Positions 8,757-18,450 are shown, counted from the stretch's first letter. The stretch: 64,000 nt of DNA from an uncultured Bacillota bacterium (GCA_963804645.1 CAWDRG010000009.1:716693-780692), one strand, 5' to 3'. Made by a program: numbers and translations. Notes: generated from the sequence alone by a model not told the origin.

Positions 8757-10379
8757 CTATGGGGCGCGGTACACCGCGAGGCCGTCCTCCAACACGGTGC
8801 GGGCACGGCCCAGACTCAGCAACATCCTGAACTGATGCGGGTACTGGTGACGCTCGAGCGTTGGGGCCAGGCCCGTGAGATACTCGTCGAGGGCCCGCAG
8901 GCTCGCTGCCAGCGCGGTGTCCACGCTCGCGCGCGTCAGCGCTCCTTGACGCAACCCCTCGACGTAGAGGCTCACCTCCGTCAGCGCACGGAACCCGGCG
9001 ATGTACTGGACATACCATCCGAAACACTCCCGCAGCCATGCGTGAAACTCGGCCGGAATCGCACCCGACGAATGCTCCACCTCGCGGCGGAGCGCCGTGA
9101 TCTCCGACATGGCCTCGTCCTTCTCCGCCAACGCCGCGTCGATCCCGGAGGCATCCATTCGAAGATCGTTCGCTCTGGCCGGGTCCCAATCGACCAGCGA
9201 GTGCTTCCGCTCCATCGTCCACCATGCCTTACGCACGCTCAGCGGAAACTGACTGCTGTCGTGAAACACAAAATCTCGAAGGTAGATTCCTTTGCGGATC
9301 ACCGCCCAGGTGCGGTCCCACACCCCGGCCACGAAGCTGGCGGTATCCGCGTCAGCGGGCCACCCAGCTTCCTCCAGCCACGTCCGCAGGATCGATGCCG
9401 CGGGGGCGTCGTCGCCGCCCGCCAGTCGTGCCGCGGCGATCAGGTTCGCGCGGTTGGGCGTCTCGAGACACCACCAGTCGTTGACGCGCTCCCATTCGGT
9501 GCGGAAGAGGGCGCCGCTCACGCCCCTGGACTGAGCGTGGCGGAGGCGCTGCGCGAGATCGTCGCGCATGAAGACCGGAAAGACCCCCCATCCGTAGAAC
9601 TGCCCGTACACATCGTATTCCACCCACTGCTCGCGGCGCAGGGCGCCGATCGCCGGGTTGTCGGGAAACGTCGGGTAGAAATCGTGCGGGGTCACCTTCA
9701 TGCAGAAGATGACGTCGGCGGGGGCACGATTGACCGCCTCCGTGAGGGGACGGTGATCGGCCGGTCGGTAGGCGAAGTCCCGCACCGCCAAGCGGAGCCC
9801 CGCGTGCGCCAACGGGGCGTACACGCTGGCGATGATCTGCTCATACCAATCCGCGAGGGTCGTGTGCTCGCAGAGCGGACATCGACACTTGTGCTGCGCT
9901 CTCGAGGCGCGCCCCTCCGGGGAGCCGGGGCTCATGATCACGCCCGCCAACTGCGGGAAGTCCTCGGCCAGCTCGGTGAACTTCGCCCCGAGAAACTCGA
10001 ACCACACCGGCTCCGACGGGCAGATGCGTCCGTCTTTCAGCAGATGCGGGAAGCGCTCGAGCACCTCGTCGGGGAACGTCAGCTCCTTCAGTTCGAGCCA
10101 CACCGGGATGTCCTGGCGCGCCGCCAGTTCGAGAATCGACGTCAAGTAGGCGCGATTGTTGTGGATCGCGTTCTCGCCGCGACGCACTGGGGTGCTGTCC
10201 CATTCCGTGTACGGGTCGAAGTAGCGCTTCGGGAAGATAAGGCGTGGCCCGAGATCGGTATCGTGGAGGACGAGCGCGTTGAGATCGTGGCGCTTGGCGA
10301 AGGTGAGCGCTTCCACGATCCGCGGCCGCTCCCACATCCTCGTCCCGCAGAGCTCAAGACCCCGAAACTTCAGCGGCAC
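8757..10379 (-). CDS. uncharacterised ~540-aa protein, paralog B (same family as 6971-8710 and 12118-13839)
   Basis: GTG start with AGGAGG 6 nt upstream. Conserved NALVLHDTDL, KRYF, LKELTFPDEV, SPGSPEGR-x9-CRCPLC, LRLAVRDFAY, KVTPHDFYPTFP, GQFYGWG, RGVSGALFRTEWE. Convergent with paralog A. Confidence 0.7.
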   Translation of the reverse strand: MPLKFRGLELCGTRMWERPRIVEALTFAKRHDLNALVLHDTDLGPRLIFPKRYFDPYTEWDSTPVRRGENAIHNNRAYLTSILELAARQDIPVWLELKELTFPDEVLERFPHLLKDGRICPSEPVWFEFLGAKFTELAEDFPQLAGVIMSPGSPEGRASRAQHKCRCPLCEHTTLADWYEQIIASVYAPLAHAGLRLAVRDFAYRPADHRPLTEAVNRAPADVIFCMKVTPHDFYPTFPDNPAIGALRREQWVEYDVYGQFYGWGVFPVFMRDDLAQRLRHAQSRGVSGALFRTEWERVNDWWCLETPNRANLIAAARLAGGDDAPAASILRTWLEEAGWPADADTASFVAGVWDRTWAVIRKGIYLRDFVFHDSSQFPLSVRKAWWTMERKHSLVDWDPARANDLRMDASGIDAALAEKDEAMSEITALRREVEHSSGAIPAEFHAWLRECFGWYVQYIAGFRALTEVSLYVEGLRQGALTRASVDTALAASLRALDEYLTGLAPTLERHQYPHQFRMLLSLGRARTVLEDGLAVYRAP

Positions 10380-10389
10380 ACCGCGCCTC

Positions 10390-11226
10390 CTATCTCAGCG
10401 TCCCGACGGTAAAGCCGTGCAGCATGTACCGGCGCAGCAGCAGGGCAAAGGTCAGGACCGGCAGGATGGTCAGGCACCCGGCGGCCGCGACGATGCCCCA
10501 ATTGAGCTGCTCTTCCATCTCCATGAACGAGAGGATGGAGACCGGCGCGGTCACCGCGTTGAAGTTCGTCAGGACCAGCGCCGCGAGAAACGAGTTCCAG
10601 ATGTCGATGAACGACAGGATCGCCACCGCGACCAACCCCGGAGTGGCGAGGGGCATGACGATCCGGAAGAACGCGCCGATGAGGCCGCATCCGTCCACTT
10701 CGGCGGCGTCGATCAGTTCGCCGGGCACGGTCCGAAAGAACCCCAGCATGATCCAGATTACGAACGGGAGCCGCACCGCGACCTCGAACGCGGTCAGGGT
10801 CGAGACCCGGTCGATCAGGCCGAGCGCCCGCACGGCGAAATAGACCGGAATGATCGTGGCAACCGGCGGAAACCCATTCGGTATCAGTACCGCCAGCAGC
10901 AGCCACCACCGTTTGCCCCGGAACGGCAGGCGGGCGAACGCGAAGGCGACCATCGCGCCCAGCACGACCGCGGCGGCCGTGCCCCACACGGAGACGTTGA
11001 TGCTGTTCAGATAGTAGCGGCCGAACCCCGACTGGATCAGCTGCACGTAGTTCGTGAGCGTCGGCGGGAACCAGAACCGCGGCGGCTGCAGGAGGAGCAC
11101 CCGGTCGGGTTTCAACGACGTGAGTAGCATGTAGTAGATCGGGAACAGCGTGACGAGGACCACGAGGACCACGAGCCCGATCACCCCGGCGCCACGGAAC
11201 GTCCACCGCCGCCCGCGCCGCGTCAC
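10390..11226 (-). CDS. carbohydrate ABC transporter permease (MalG-like)
   Basis: Six-TM permease with the EAA-like loop (IDAAEVDGCGLIGAFFRIVMPL). GTG start with GAGGG SD, 11 nt after the upstream permease stop. Confidence 0.8.
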   Translation of the reverse strand: MTRRGRRWTFRGAGVIGLVVLVVLVTLFPIYYMLLTSLKPDRVLLLQPPRFWFPPTLTNYVQLIQSGFGRYYLNSINVSVWGTAAAVVLGAMVAFAFARLPFRGKRWWLLLAVLIPNGFPPVATIIPVYFAVRALGLIDRVSTLTAFEVAVRLPFVIWIMLGFFRTVPGELIDAAEVDGCGLIGAFFRIVMPLATPGLVAVAILSFIDIWNSFLAALVLTNFNAVTAPVSILSFMEMEEQLNWGIVAAAGCLTILPVLTFALLLRRYMLHGFTVGTLR

Positions 11227-11236
11227 CGCCGGACCC

Positions 11237-12121
11237 TCATTCGGCCTCGACCAGCCGCAGGTATAGAACATACAGCAGCACGAGCACGCCGAGCGATACC
11301 ACGACCATCGCCGCGGCGCTCCCCATCTGGAAGAACTGGAACGCCGCTTTGAAGATGTGCACGCTGAGCATGTCCGTCGCGTTTCCGGGCCCGCCCCCGG
11401 TCATCACAAAGGGCTCGGCGAACAGGCGAAACGCCTCCATCGCGCGCAACAGCGCGGCGACCAGCAGCGTGTCGAAGATCACCGGCACCGTCACGCGGGT
11501 AAAGCACCCCCACCGCGAGGCCCCGTCGAGCTGCGCCGCCTCGTAGAGTGCGCCCGGCACGGTTTCGAGCGCGGACAGGCTCAGCAGAAACGTGAACGGC
11601 GTCCAGTGCCAGACGTCCATCAGCATCACCGAAACGAGCGCCAGCCGCGTGCTGGTCAGCCAGGCCACGCCCGGCAGCCCGAGTAGCCGCAGGCCGGCGT
11701 TGATTGGACCGAGGGTGTCGTTGAAGAGGATGTACCAGATGAGTCCGACCACTGCCGGCGTGATTACCATCGGGGAGATCACGACCGTCTTCAGCAGGTC
11801 GTTGGCGCGCGCGCCCCCGTGAACGAAGACGGCGAGCGCGAGCCCCAGGGTGACCTCGACCACCGTGACGACGACCATGAAGCCCAGCGTGCGGCCGATC
11901 GAGCCGACAAACGCGGGATCGGCCGCCAGTTGGAGGTAGTTCTGCACGCCGGCGAACACCGGCGACGACTGCTCTTGCAGGTTCCAGGTCGTCAGGCTGA
12001 GGTAAATCGTGTACAGCGCCGGCAGGATGCGCCCAACGACCAGGTACGCCATCCCGGGTACGAGGAAAAACCACAGCGCGAGATCTCGCCGCCGCCGGAC
12101 CGAGACCGCCGGCGCAATCAC
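11237..12121 (-). CDS. carbohydrate ABC transporter permease (MalF-like)
   Basis: TM-rich with the ABC permease signature (YEAAQLDGASRWGCFTRVTVPVI). GTG start overlaps the stop of the upstream paralog C gene (GTGA), indicating translational coupling. Confidence 0.8.
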   Translation of the reverse strand: MIAPAVSVRRRRDLALWFFLVPGMAYLVVGRILPALYTIYLSLTTWNLQEQSSPVFAGVQNYLQLAADPAFVGSIGRTLGFMVVVTVVEVTLGLALAVFVHGGARANDLLKTVVISPMVITPAVVGLIWYILFNDTLGPINAGLRLLGLPGVAWLTSTRLALVSVMLMDVWHWTPFTFLLSLSALETVPGALYEAAQLDGASRWGCFTRVTVPVIFDTLLVAALLRAMEAFRLFAEPFVMTGGGPGNATDMLSVHIFKAAFQFFQMGSAAAMVVVSLGVLVLLYVLYLRLVEAE

Positions 12122-13839
12122 CGAAGGCGCGCCCGCAGGTCGTCCGCCAGCGCCCGGAGGCGCTCCGGGCTGAGCAGGATGTAGACTACGTGGGACAAGG
12201 ACGTGGATTGCGCCAACGCGTCGAACTCGGCCGCGAGCGCCTCGAGGTCGCTGAGCCGCGCATCGAGGGTCTTCCGCGCCTCGTGGACCCACTGTACGCG
12301 GTCGCCGGCGCCGTCCTCAGTGACCGCCTTGGTCAGGACGCAGGCGTGTCCGGCGGCGCGAAACGCGGCCGTATACCGGCGGAACACGTCGAAGCGGGTC
12401 ACGAGATCCCCGTGCGCGCTGTCGCTCAAGACGTCACCGAGGTCCGCGACCTCCGCGCAGAGCCTCTCAACCAGGCGCAGCGCGTCATCCTTCTCCTCGA
12501 GCAGGCGGCGGACGTTGTCGGGGTCGTCGACCCGGAGCGCGCCCGCCCGGGATGGATCCCAGTCCTTCAGGCTGTTCTTTTCTTCCGCCAGCCACCACGC
12601 GTGGTCCAGGCTGACCGGCAGGTTGCTGGAGTCCGAGAAGACGCAGTCGTTCATGTACAGGCTCCGCCGCACAATCTCCCAGGTTTGATCGAGCACGCGC
12701 GCGACGCGGTCCGCCGCGGCCAGCCGGACCGCGGGCGCCAGGCCCGGGCGCAGGAGGTTCTCCTGGTCGAGCCATTGCCCGACAACCGCGGCCCCGGGCG
12801 TTTCCAGATCCTGGGCGAGCGCGGCACCGGCATAGAGGCTGACCACGTTCGGGCTATGAAACGTCGTGTGCGCTTCGAGCCCTTCCCAGTCGGTGCGGAA
12901 CACCACGCCGCTGGCTCCGCAGGCGCGCGCATGGCGGAAGCGCACGCGGAGATCCTCCGTCATCACGGCGATCCCGATGCCCCAACCGAAATACTGACCC
13001 AACACGTCGAACTCGATCCACTGTTCGTGGGCGCCCACCCGTCCGATCCGGGGATTGTTGGGGAACGTCGGGTAGTAGTCGTGGGGTGTGTTCTTGAGTT
13101 CGATGACCACGTCTGCCGGCAGCGCCTCCATGGCGGCTACGATCTCGGCCTGTGCCGCCGCGTCGAAGACGAAGTCCCGCACTACGAGGCGCTTGCCCAC
13201 CCGCGCGATCGGCTCGTACATCGCTTCGAGCAGCTGCCGATACCATTCCCGGGGCGTGGTGGAGCGGCACCGTGCGCAGGTGCACCGGTTCGCCGAGATC
13301 GAAACGCGGCTCTCCCCGGTTGCGGGCGAGGTAATGATCCCTGCCAGCCCGGGCAGGTCTTCAAACAACTCCGTGTACTTCGTCCGGACGAACTCCCACC
13401 AAAACGGGGCAGTCGCGCACACCGTGCCGTTCTTCCAGAGGTCCGAGTGCAGTTCGAGCAGGATCTCCGGGAACCATAACTCTTTATTCTGGAGATACAC
13501 GTCGATGCCGTAGCGGTGGGCTTCGTGGACGACCCGCCGCAGATAGTCGCGCCGCTGCAACGGTCCACTGCGCCGCGTCGGCGTATACCGGTACAACGTG
13601 CGGTACATGTCTTGATACCGCTCGAAGATGTTGCGATACGTCCGCCGGTCCGCGCCGAAATATCGCCCCGGGAACACCACCTGATCGATGATGTCGTTCC
13701 GCTGCAGGGCTAGCGCGTTGAGGCCGTGCGCCTGCGCGAATCGGAGTGCTCGCTGCACCCAGGGAAAATCCCATACGTACTCGCTGTTGATTTCGAGCAG
13801 CCGGGTACGAAACACGGGCTCCGTTTCGCTGGTTTCCAT
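12118..13839 (-). CDS. uncharacterised ~575-aa protein, paralog C (same family)
   Basis: METSETEP start. LQRNDIIDQ, GRYFGADRR, NKELWFPE, SPATGESR-x9-CTCARC, RLVVRDFVFD, KNTPHDYYPTFPNNP, GQYFGWG, RACGASGVVFRTDWE. First gene after the solute-binding protein in the operon. Confidence 0.75.
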   Translation of the reverse strand: METSETEPVFRTRLLEINSEYVWDFPWVQRALRFAQAHGLNALALQRNDIIDQVVFPGRYFGADRRTYRNIFERYQDMYRTLYRYTPTRRSGPLQRRDYLRRVVHEAHRYGIDVYLQNKELWFPEILLELHSDLWKNGTVCATAPFWWEFVRTKYTELFEDLPGLAGIITSPATGESRVSISANRCTCARCRSTTPREWYRQLLEAMYEPIARVGKRLVVRDFVFDAAAQAEIVAAMEALPADVVIELKNTPHDYYPTFPNNPRIGRVGAHEQWIEFDVLGQYFGWGIGIAVMTEDLRVRFRHARACGASGVVFRTDWEGLEAHTTFHSPNVVSLYAGAALAQDLETPGAAVVGQWLDQENLLRPGLAPAVRLAAADRVARVLDQTWEIVRRSLYMNDCVFSDSSNLPVSLDHAWWLAEEKNSLKDWDPSRAGALRVDDPDNVRRLLEEKDDALRLVERLCAEVADLGDVLSDSAHGDLVTRFDVFRRYTAAFRAAGHACVLTKAVTEDGAGDRVQWVHEARKTLDARLSDLEALAAEFDALAQSTSLSHVVYILLSPERLRALADDLRARLR

Positions 13840-13867
13840 GTGCGTTCGACGCGCCAACCGCGCGTCC

Positions 13868-15271
13868 TTAGGAGAGCTTGATCGTATCCAGAGTGGTTTG
13901 AATCTGCCGCTGCGCGGTGCTCAAGGCGCTCTGGATGTTACCGCCGGTTAGCACCGACGAAATCGCCGTGCTGACCTGGTCGGCGATTTCCTGCGCGCGG
14001 AGGATGCTCGGATACGGCAGGACGCCCACGTCGGTTTGGGCGCCTGGATCGGCTTCCGCCCGGAGCACGTATCCGGCCGCAGGGTACTGCGCGATGGTCG
14101 CCTCGATCGCACGCGCGCGGCTCGGCATGTACCCGGGATGCTTCTTGGCCATGTCCACCTGTGCCTCCGTGGTCGAGGCCGCGATCAGCAGCTGCAGGGC
14201 GGCGGCTTTGTGCTCGGACCGCGACGACACGGCAATCACGCCCGGGCCGTCCCGGAAGGCATGCTTCCATCCCCGAGGGTGGTTCGGCTCCGCAGGGGGC
14301 AGCGCGTAGCCGATTTTCCCGTATACGGGCACGTCCGGCTTGATCGTGTTGAGCACCACGCGGTCAAAGTACTGCACGATCATCGCGGCGTGACCGCTCG
14401 CGAACAGGGCCGTGGATTCCGCGCTGCTGTCGTTGAGGTTGCTCGACGGCTGGATGGCCAGCAGGGCCTTGTACATCTGGGCGGCCGCGAGGCCGTTCGG
14501 CCCGTCAAACTCAGCCTTGCGGGTGCGCGGATTGTACAGATTGATCCCGTACGCGAGGATCATGTTCTCGTAACTGTGCCACAGATATACGCCCTTCTTG
14601 TTCGGGAACGCGCTCCCGTAGAAATCGGCATCGAGCGGCTTCCCCGCGAGCAGCTCGCCCCGCTTGCGGGTGAAGAACTGACCGATTTCCAGGAACTGCT
14701 GGTAGCTATTGGGCGGGGCGAGATCGTACCCGAAGCGTGCTTTGAACGCGGCTCGTTCGCGGGGATCCTCAAACAGATCCAGCCGATACGCCACCGCCGG
14801 CGTGCTCGTGGTCGTCGGGATTCCCAGGGTCCTATTCTGGAATCTGACCGCTCGCTGCGCCGCCTGCGTGAATTCGGGCCACGCAAGCGTGCTTTGGCTC
14901 CCGGTGCTCGCGATCAGGCCGTCCAGCACGTCGATCATCCCGCGATTGTAGAACTCGTACATGTTCTGAACGCCGAGGGTATAGATCAGATCCCAGGTGT
15001 TCGCGCCGCTGACAAAGTCGAGGACCACCTTTTGCGTCAGTTCGTCGCCGTTGAGGAATCGGGCCTGCAGGATCATCCCCAAGGTCTTCGCAATCTCGCT
15101 CATCTTATCGGCGAGCGCGACCTCGTGGACCTCAGGCGACGTGATGAAGTTGATCGTGACGCCTTGGAACTGTCCTTTCGGCTGTGCCGTAACCGGCCCA
15201 GGGGTCACCCCTGCGACCACGGCGGCCCCGCTCGCGCCGACTGCAAGCTTCAAGAGCGTCCGTCGGTCCAT
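13868..15271 (-). CDS. ABC transporter substrate-binding protein (family 1, sugar-type) with Tat-like signal
   Basis: MDRRTLLKLAVGASGAAVVAG twin-arginine-type signal peptide, followed by a family-1 extracellular solute-binding domain. Confidence 0.8.
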   Translation of the reverse strand: MDRRTLLKLAVGASGAAVVAGVTPGPVTAQPKGQFQGVTINFITSPEVHEVALADKMSEIAKTLGMILQARFLNGDELTQKVVLDFVSGANTWDLIYTLGVQNMYEFYNRGMIDVLDGLIASTGSQSTLAWPEFTQAAQRAVRFQNRTLGIPTTTSTPAVAYRLDLFEDPRERAAFKARFGYDLAPPNSYQQFLEIGQFFTRKRGELLAGKPLDADFYGSAFPNKKGVYLWHSYENMILAYGINLYNPRTRKAEFDGPNGLAAAQMYKALLAIQPSSNLNDSSAESTALFASGHAAMIVQYFDRVVLNTIKPDVPVYGKIGYALPPAEPNHPRGWKHAFRDGPGVIAVSSRSEHKAAALQLLIAASTTEAQVDMAKKHPGYMPSRARAIEATIAQYPAAGYVLRAEADPGAQTDVGVLPYPSILRAQEIADQVSTAISSVLTGGNIQSALSTAQRQIQTTLDTIKLS

Positions 15272-15599
15272 TGTCCGCGTCGCCACTGCCTTCACCCCAT
15301 TCATCGGCAGGTCTGCACGCCACTTAAAAACATGCTACCGGGTGCCGTTGGAACCTCATATCGGATCGCGACCTGATTTGCCCGTACGATGCCCGCCCCA
15401 TGCCATGCTCGGCCGGGATCGTGTCCAATCGTGTCCATTAGAAGCGCCCACCGCAGGCCACAACGATTCCAGAGACCGAGGCAATCGTCGAGCGTGCCCG
15501 GCGGATCTTGCGGTGGCTACTCTGATGCTGATATTCTGAATTAGGAAGCTGCAAGATCAGCCCGGGGGGCCCGCCGCCATTTACCTGGATCTGCAGGTT

Positions 15600-16175
15600 C
15601 CTGCGTCGCACGTCAAGGCGTACTGCCGTACACGTCGGCTGGAGCTCGGTGACAATCGAGGACCTCGATTCGGTCACAGCTCACGTGGCGCAGGGACCGG
15701 TCCCGACGAGCTCGGTGAGGGGCTTCGCCCCGGCGCCGTCGACGAGCTCGTTGGGCATCATCGCGGAGGCCCCGGCCGGCGGCGGCATCAGCGACAGCAG
15801 CGGGGCGAACGGTGTCTTGAGCTTCAGCACCACCGTGTCGCTGCCGGAGGCCGTGACCGACTCGACCGACTGCTACACGAACGTGCCGTACGAGTTGACC
15901 CGGCCCCACCGATTCAGCGAGGCGATCACATCGTCCGGCCCCATCGTCTTGCCGTTGTGGAACGGGACGTTCCGCCGGAGCGTGAACGCGTACGTCAACC
16001 CGCCCTTGCTGACCTCGTAGCCGGAGACGAGCGAGGGCTGCACGCGCCAATTGGCATCGAACGCGAACAGTTCCTCGAATACGCCGAGCGTCATGTTCGC
16101 CGTGAGCGAGGCCGGCTGGACGATCACGTCGAGCGTGAGCGGTTCGCCGACCGCGTCGATGCCTCTCAGACTCAC
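15600..16175 (-). pseudogene. ABC substrate-binding protein family 5 (Dpp/Opp-type) remnant
   Basis: N-terminal family-5 SBP motifs (FEELFAFDANWRVQPSLVSGYEVSKGGLTYAFTLRRNVPFHNGKTMGPDDV) terminate prematurely. A downstream piece with LVGTGP lies in another frame and about 60 aa too close, indicating deletion plus frameshift. Confidence 0.5.
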
Positions 16176-16211
16176 TCGGCGTCTGCCCGCCTCCGTTCGC
16201 GGTCGGCGCCA

Positions 16212-16946
16212 CTACAGATGCAGGGAGCGTTCCATGTTGAACTTGTAGCGGTCTCCCCGATACACCGCCTGGCGGTACTCGACTCTGTCGCCGTCGGGAC
16301 CATAGATGAGCGACGTTACGTTGAAGACGGCCGTCGGCGCGACCAGGTCCAGCATGTCGGCCTCCTCCGCGGTCGCCATGCGGGCCTCAAACGTCTGCTC
16401 CGCTTTGAGCTCGCGCACGCCGGCCCGCAGCGCGTAGTGCTCCGACGGCGCCGCCACGTCGCAGAACGCGACCAAGACCTCGTGCATCTTCGGCGCGGAG
16501 AAATAACTCTTGTAGAGGACGAGCGGTTCGCGGTCGCCAAGCCCGAGCCACACGAGCCGAATGAGCATGGCATTTGGCGGCACCGAGAGCAGGCGGCCGA
16601 GCACGAAATCGGCGGGCTCCTGCGTGCGCGCGATTACCCGCAGCGCGGGCGCCATGTCCTGGGCCGCCACCGTCTCGCGGAAGACGGTCGCATGCGCGAG
16701 CGGCTGATTGATCGGTCCGTGCCCGGTGACGAAGGTGCCGCGTCCCTGGACCTTCTTCAACATCCCGACCCGGGCGAGTCCGTCGAGAGCTTGGCGGACC
16801 GTGGAGCGGCTCACGCCGAACTGCTCGGACAACTCCCGTTCCGAGGGCAGTTGAGCGCCCGTCTCCCAATCCCCCCGCTGGATCCGGGTATTGATCGACC
16901 CGACGAGCTGCCGGTAGAGCGGCTGCTGGTCTTTGCTGTCGATCAC
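16212..16946 (-). CDS. GntR/HutC-family transcriptional regulator (wHTH + UTRA domain)
   Basis: PLYRQLVGSINTRIQRGDWETGAQLPSERELSEQFGVSRSTVRQALDGL is a GntR HTH. The C-terminal UTRA-like effector domain puts it in the HutC subfamily. Confidence 0.85.
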   Translation of the reverse strand: MIDSKDQQPLYRQLVGSINTRIQRGDWETGAQLPSERELSEQFGVSRSTVRQALDGLARVGMLKKVQGRGTFVTGHGPINQPLAHATVFRETVAAQDMAPALRVIARTQEPADFVLGRLLSVPPNAMLIRLVWLGLGDREPLVLYKSYFSAPKMHEVLVAFCDVAAPSEHYALRAGVRELKAEQTFEARMATAEEADMLDLVAPTAVFNVTSLIYGPDGDRVEYRQAVYRGDRYKFNMERSLHL

Positions 16947-16989
16947 GATGGCAGGGGCACCTCGGGCAATGGGTTAAAAGTGGGTCATC

Positions 16990-17011
16990 TGGTACGTACC
17001 AATGGATACCA
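16990..17011. promoter_or_regulatory. candidate GntR/HutC operator (perfect 12-bp palindrome plus adjacent half-palindrome)
   Basis: TGGTACGTACCA (16990-17001) is immediately followed by TGGATACCA, about 45 bp upstream of the regulator start codon in a locally AT-richer intergenic region. HutC-type operators typically have GT...AC cores. Confidence 0.4.
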
Positions 17012-17128
17012 CGTATACAACAGACTTTTCTCGATTCCTTTTCTGCGCTCTGACAGCTGGTTTAAGCCGCGCTCGAACCTGTGTTCGATATGTGTCCGCA
17101 TGTTTCTCCGTCAAGTCACGATCCGCAC

Positions 17129-17518
17129 TTAGGACGGACTCTCCAGATGCTCCGGATCCTCGACGGGGACAAAATCGTTTCCGGCTGGCGCGAAAATTTC
17201 GACCAGACATAGAGTGTCTGATCCCGCAGCGCTGAGCGCATGGCGTGTGTGCGGAGGAATGAAGACGACATCGTCTTTGTCGACGAAGCGCTCCTCCCCC
17301 TCCACCGTGAGCCGGCCCCGACCTGATAGAATCCAGTAAATGTTCTCAGAGTGATCGTGCGAATGGTATGGTCCTGGAGGTCCGGAGGGTGCAAGGCGTA
17401 CGATGCGCACATCAACGTGCCGCGCCCCGATGGCGTCTGTCGCCAAGAGGATCGCCGTCCCGCGGTTGTTCCTCAGCGGCACCGTCCCGCACTGCGAAAC
17501 GTTCATCACCCGGTACAT
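17129..17518 (-). CDS. cupin-domain protein
   Basis: GPYHSHDHSENIYWILSGRGRLTVEGEE...DVVFIPPHTRHAL contains both conserved cupin motifs. Confidence 0.7.
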   Translation of the reverse strand: MYRVMNVSQCGTVPLRNNRGTAILLATDAIGARHVDVRIVRLAPSGPPGPYHSHDHSENIYWILSGRGRLTVEGEERFVDKDDVVFIPPHTRHALSAAGSDTLCLVEIFAPAGNDFVPVEDPEHLESPS

Positions 17519-17605
17519 GCTCGGCCTCCCCTGTTCATACACGCAGCGGGACCCGCGCGCAGCGTCGCGACGCGGACCGCGCTTCATGCCGGCGCGACGT
17601 CCGTC

Positions 17606-18295
17606 TCAACCGGCGCTGATGAACTCGCATCCCTGCTCGCGCAGCCCGCGTTCGATGTTGGCAATATTGGTGACGTCGCCGCGTCGCAACACATCTTGGA
17701 CGCCGGCATAGTGTCCCAGCAACTTCTGCGTCTCCTCGGCGATCTGTGCCGCGTCGGCAGCCCGCACGGCCACGATGCCGTCGAGGTCGGCCACGATGAT
17801 ATCCCCGGGATGGACGACCACGTGTCCGCACGCGATCGGTACGTTCACCTCACCCGGACCGTCGATTGGTCCCATCATCGCCGACACGCCCCGGGCGAAG
17901 ACTGGGAGTCCGTCCTCCTGAATTTCCGTGACGTCGCGCACGGCGCCGTCCATGACAACCCCGGCCAGCCCCCGGTGCAGTAATCCCCGGCAGACGTTCC
18001 CGCCGATGAGCGCTCCGCGAAGGCTTCCGCGGGCGTTGATGACAAGCACGTCGCCGCGGCGGGTCTGCTGCATTGCGGCTTTGATCACATTGAAGGCTCC
18101 GGTTGGCACCGAGACCGTGACGGCGGACCCAATCACCCGCCCCATCGGGCGGTAGGCCGCTTGAATTCCGTTGTCCATGGTGCCAGCCCGATTCATCGCG
18201 TCCGAAATATCCGGCGTGCGCAGTCCGGCAAACTTCGCCAAGAGCGTCGGCTCGGCGCGCAGCGCGGTCGCGTACACACGAAATCCTACTGGCAT
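17606..18295 (-). CDS. RraA-family protein (4-hydroxy-4-methyl-2-oxoglutarate aldolase / oxaloacetate decarboxylase-like)
   Basis: RraA/MenG-like fold signature. Start is at MPVGFRV (codon 54 of the 17606-18454 ORF). Confidence 0.7.
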   Translation of the reverse strand: MPVGFRVYATALRAEPTLLAKFAGLRTPDISDAMNRAGTMDNGIQAAYRPMGRVIGSAVTVSVPTGAFNVIKAAMQQTRRGDVLVINARGSLRGALIGGNVCRGLLHRGLAGVVMDGAVRDVTEIQEDGLPVFARGVSAMMGPIDGPGEVNVPIACGHVVVHPGDIIVADLDGIVAVRAADAAQIAEETQKLLGHYAGVQDVLRRGDVTNIANIERGLREQGCEFISAG

Positions 18296-18450
18296 CTCAG
18301 CCTCCTCTACCTCGCAGTTTGGCTCCGTCCGATCCATGCTCGCTCGCGGTGTTGCGCGTCGGTGACGCTGAGGGAGCCTACGGGGGCCTGCAGCGCCGGG
18401 GCAGATTCCGGCGGCGTGGCGGAGTTGTACGACGAACACTCCGTTCCATG

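Noticed and set aside
7115-8806. 563-aa minus-strand ORF antisense to paralog A (and similar antisense ORFs at 8835-10412 and 12190-13479)
   Set aside because: They overlap well-supported genes with conserved motifs. Their composition is R/G/P-rich with no domain signatures. GC artefacts.
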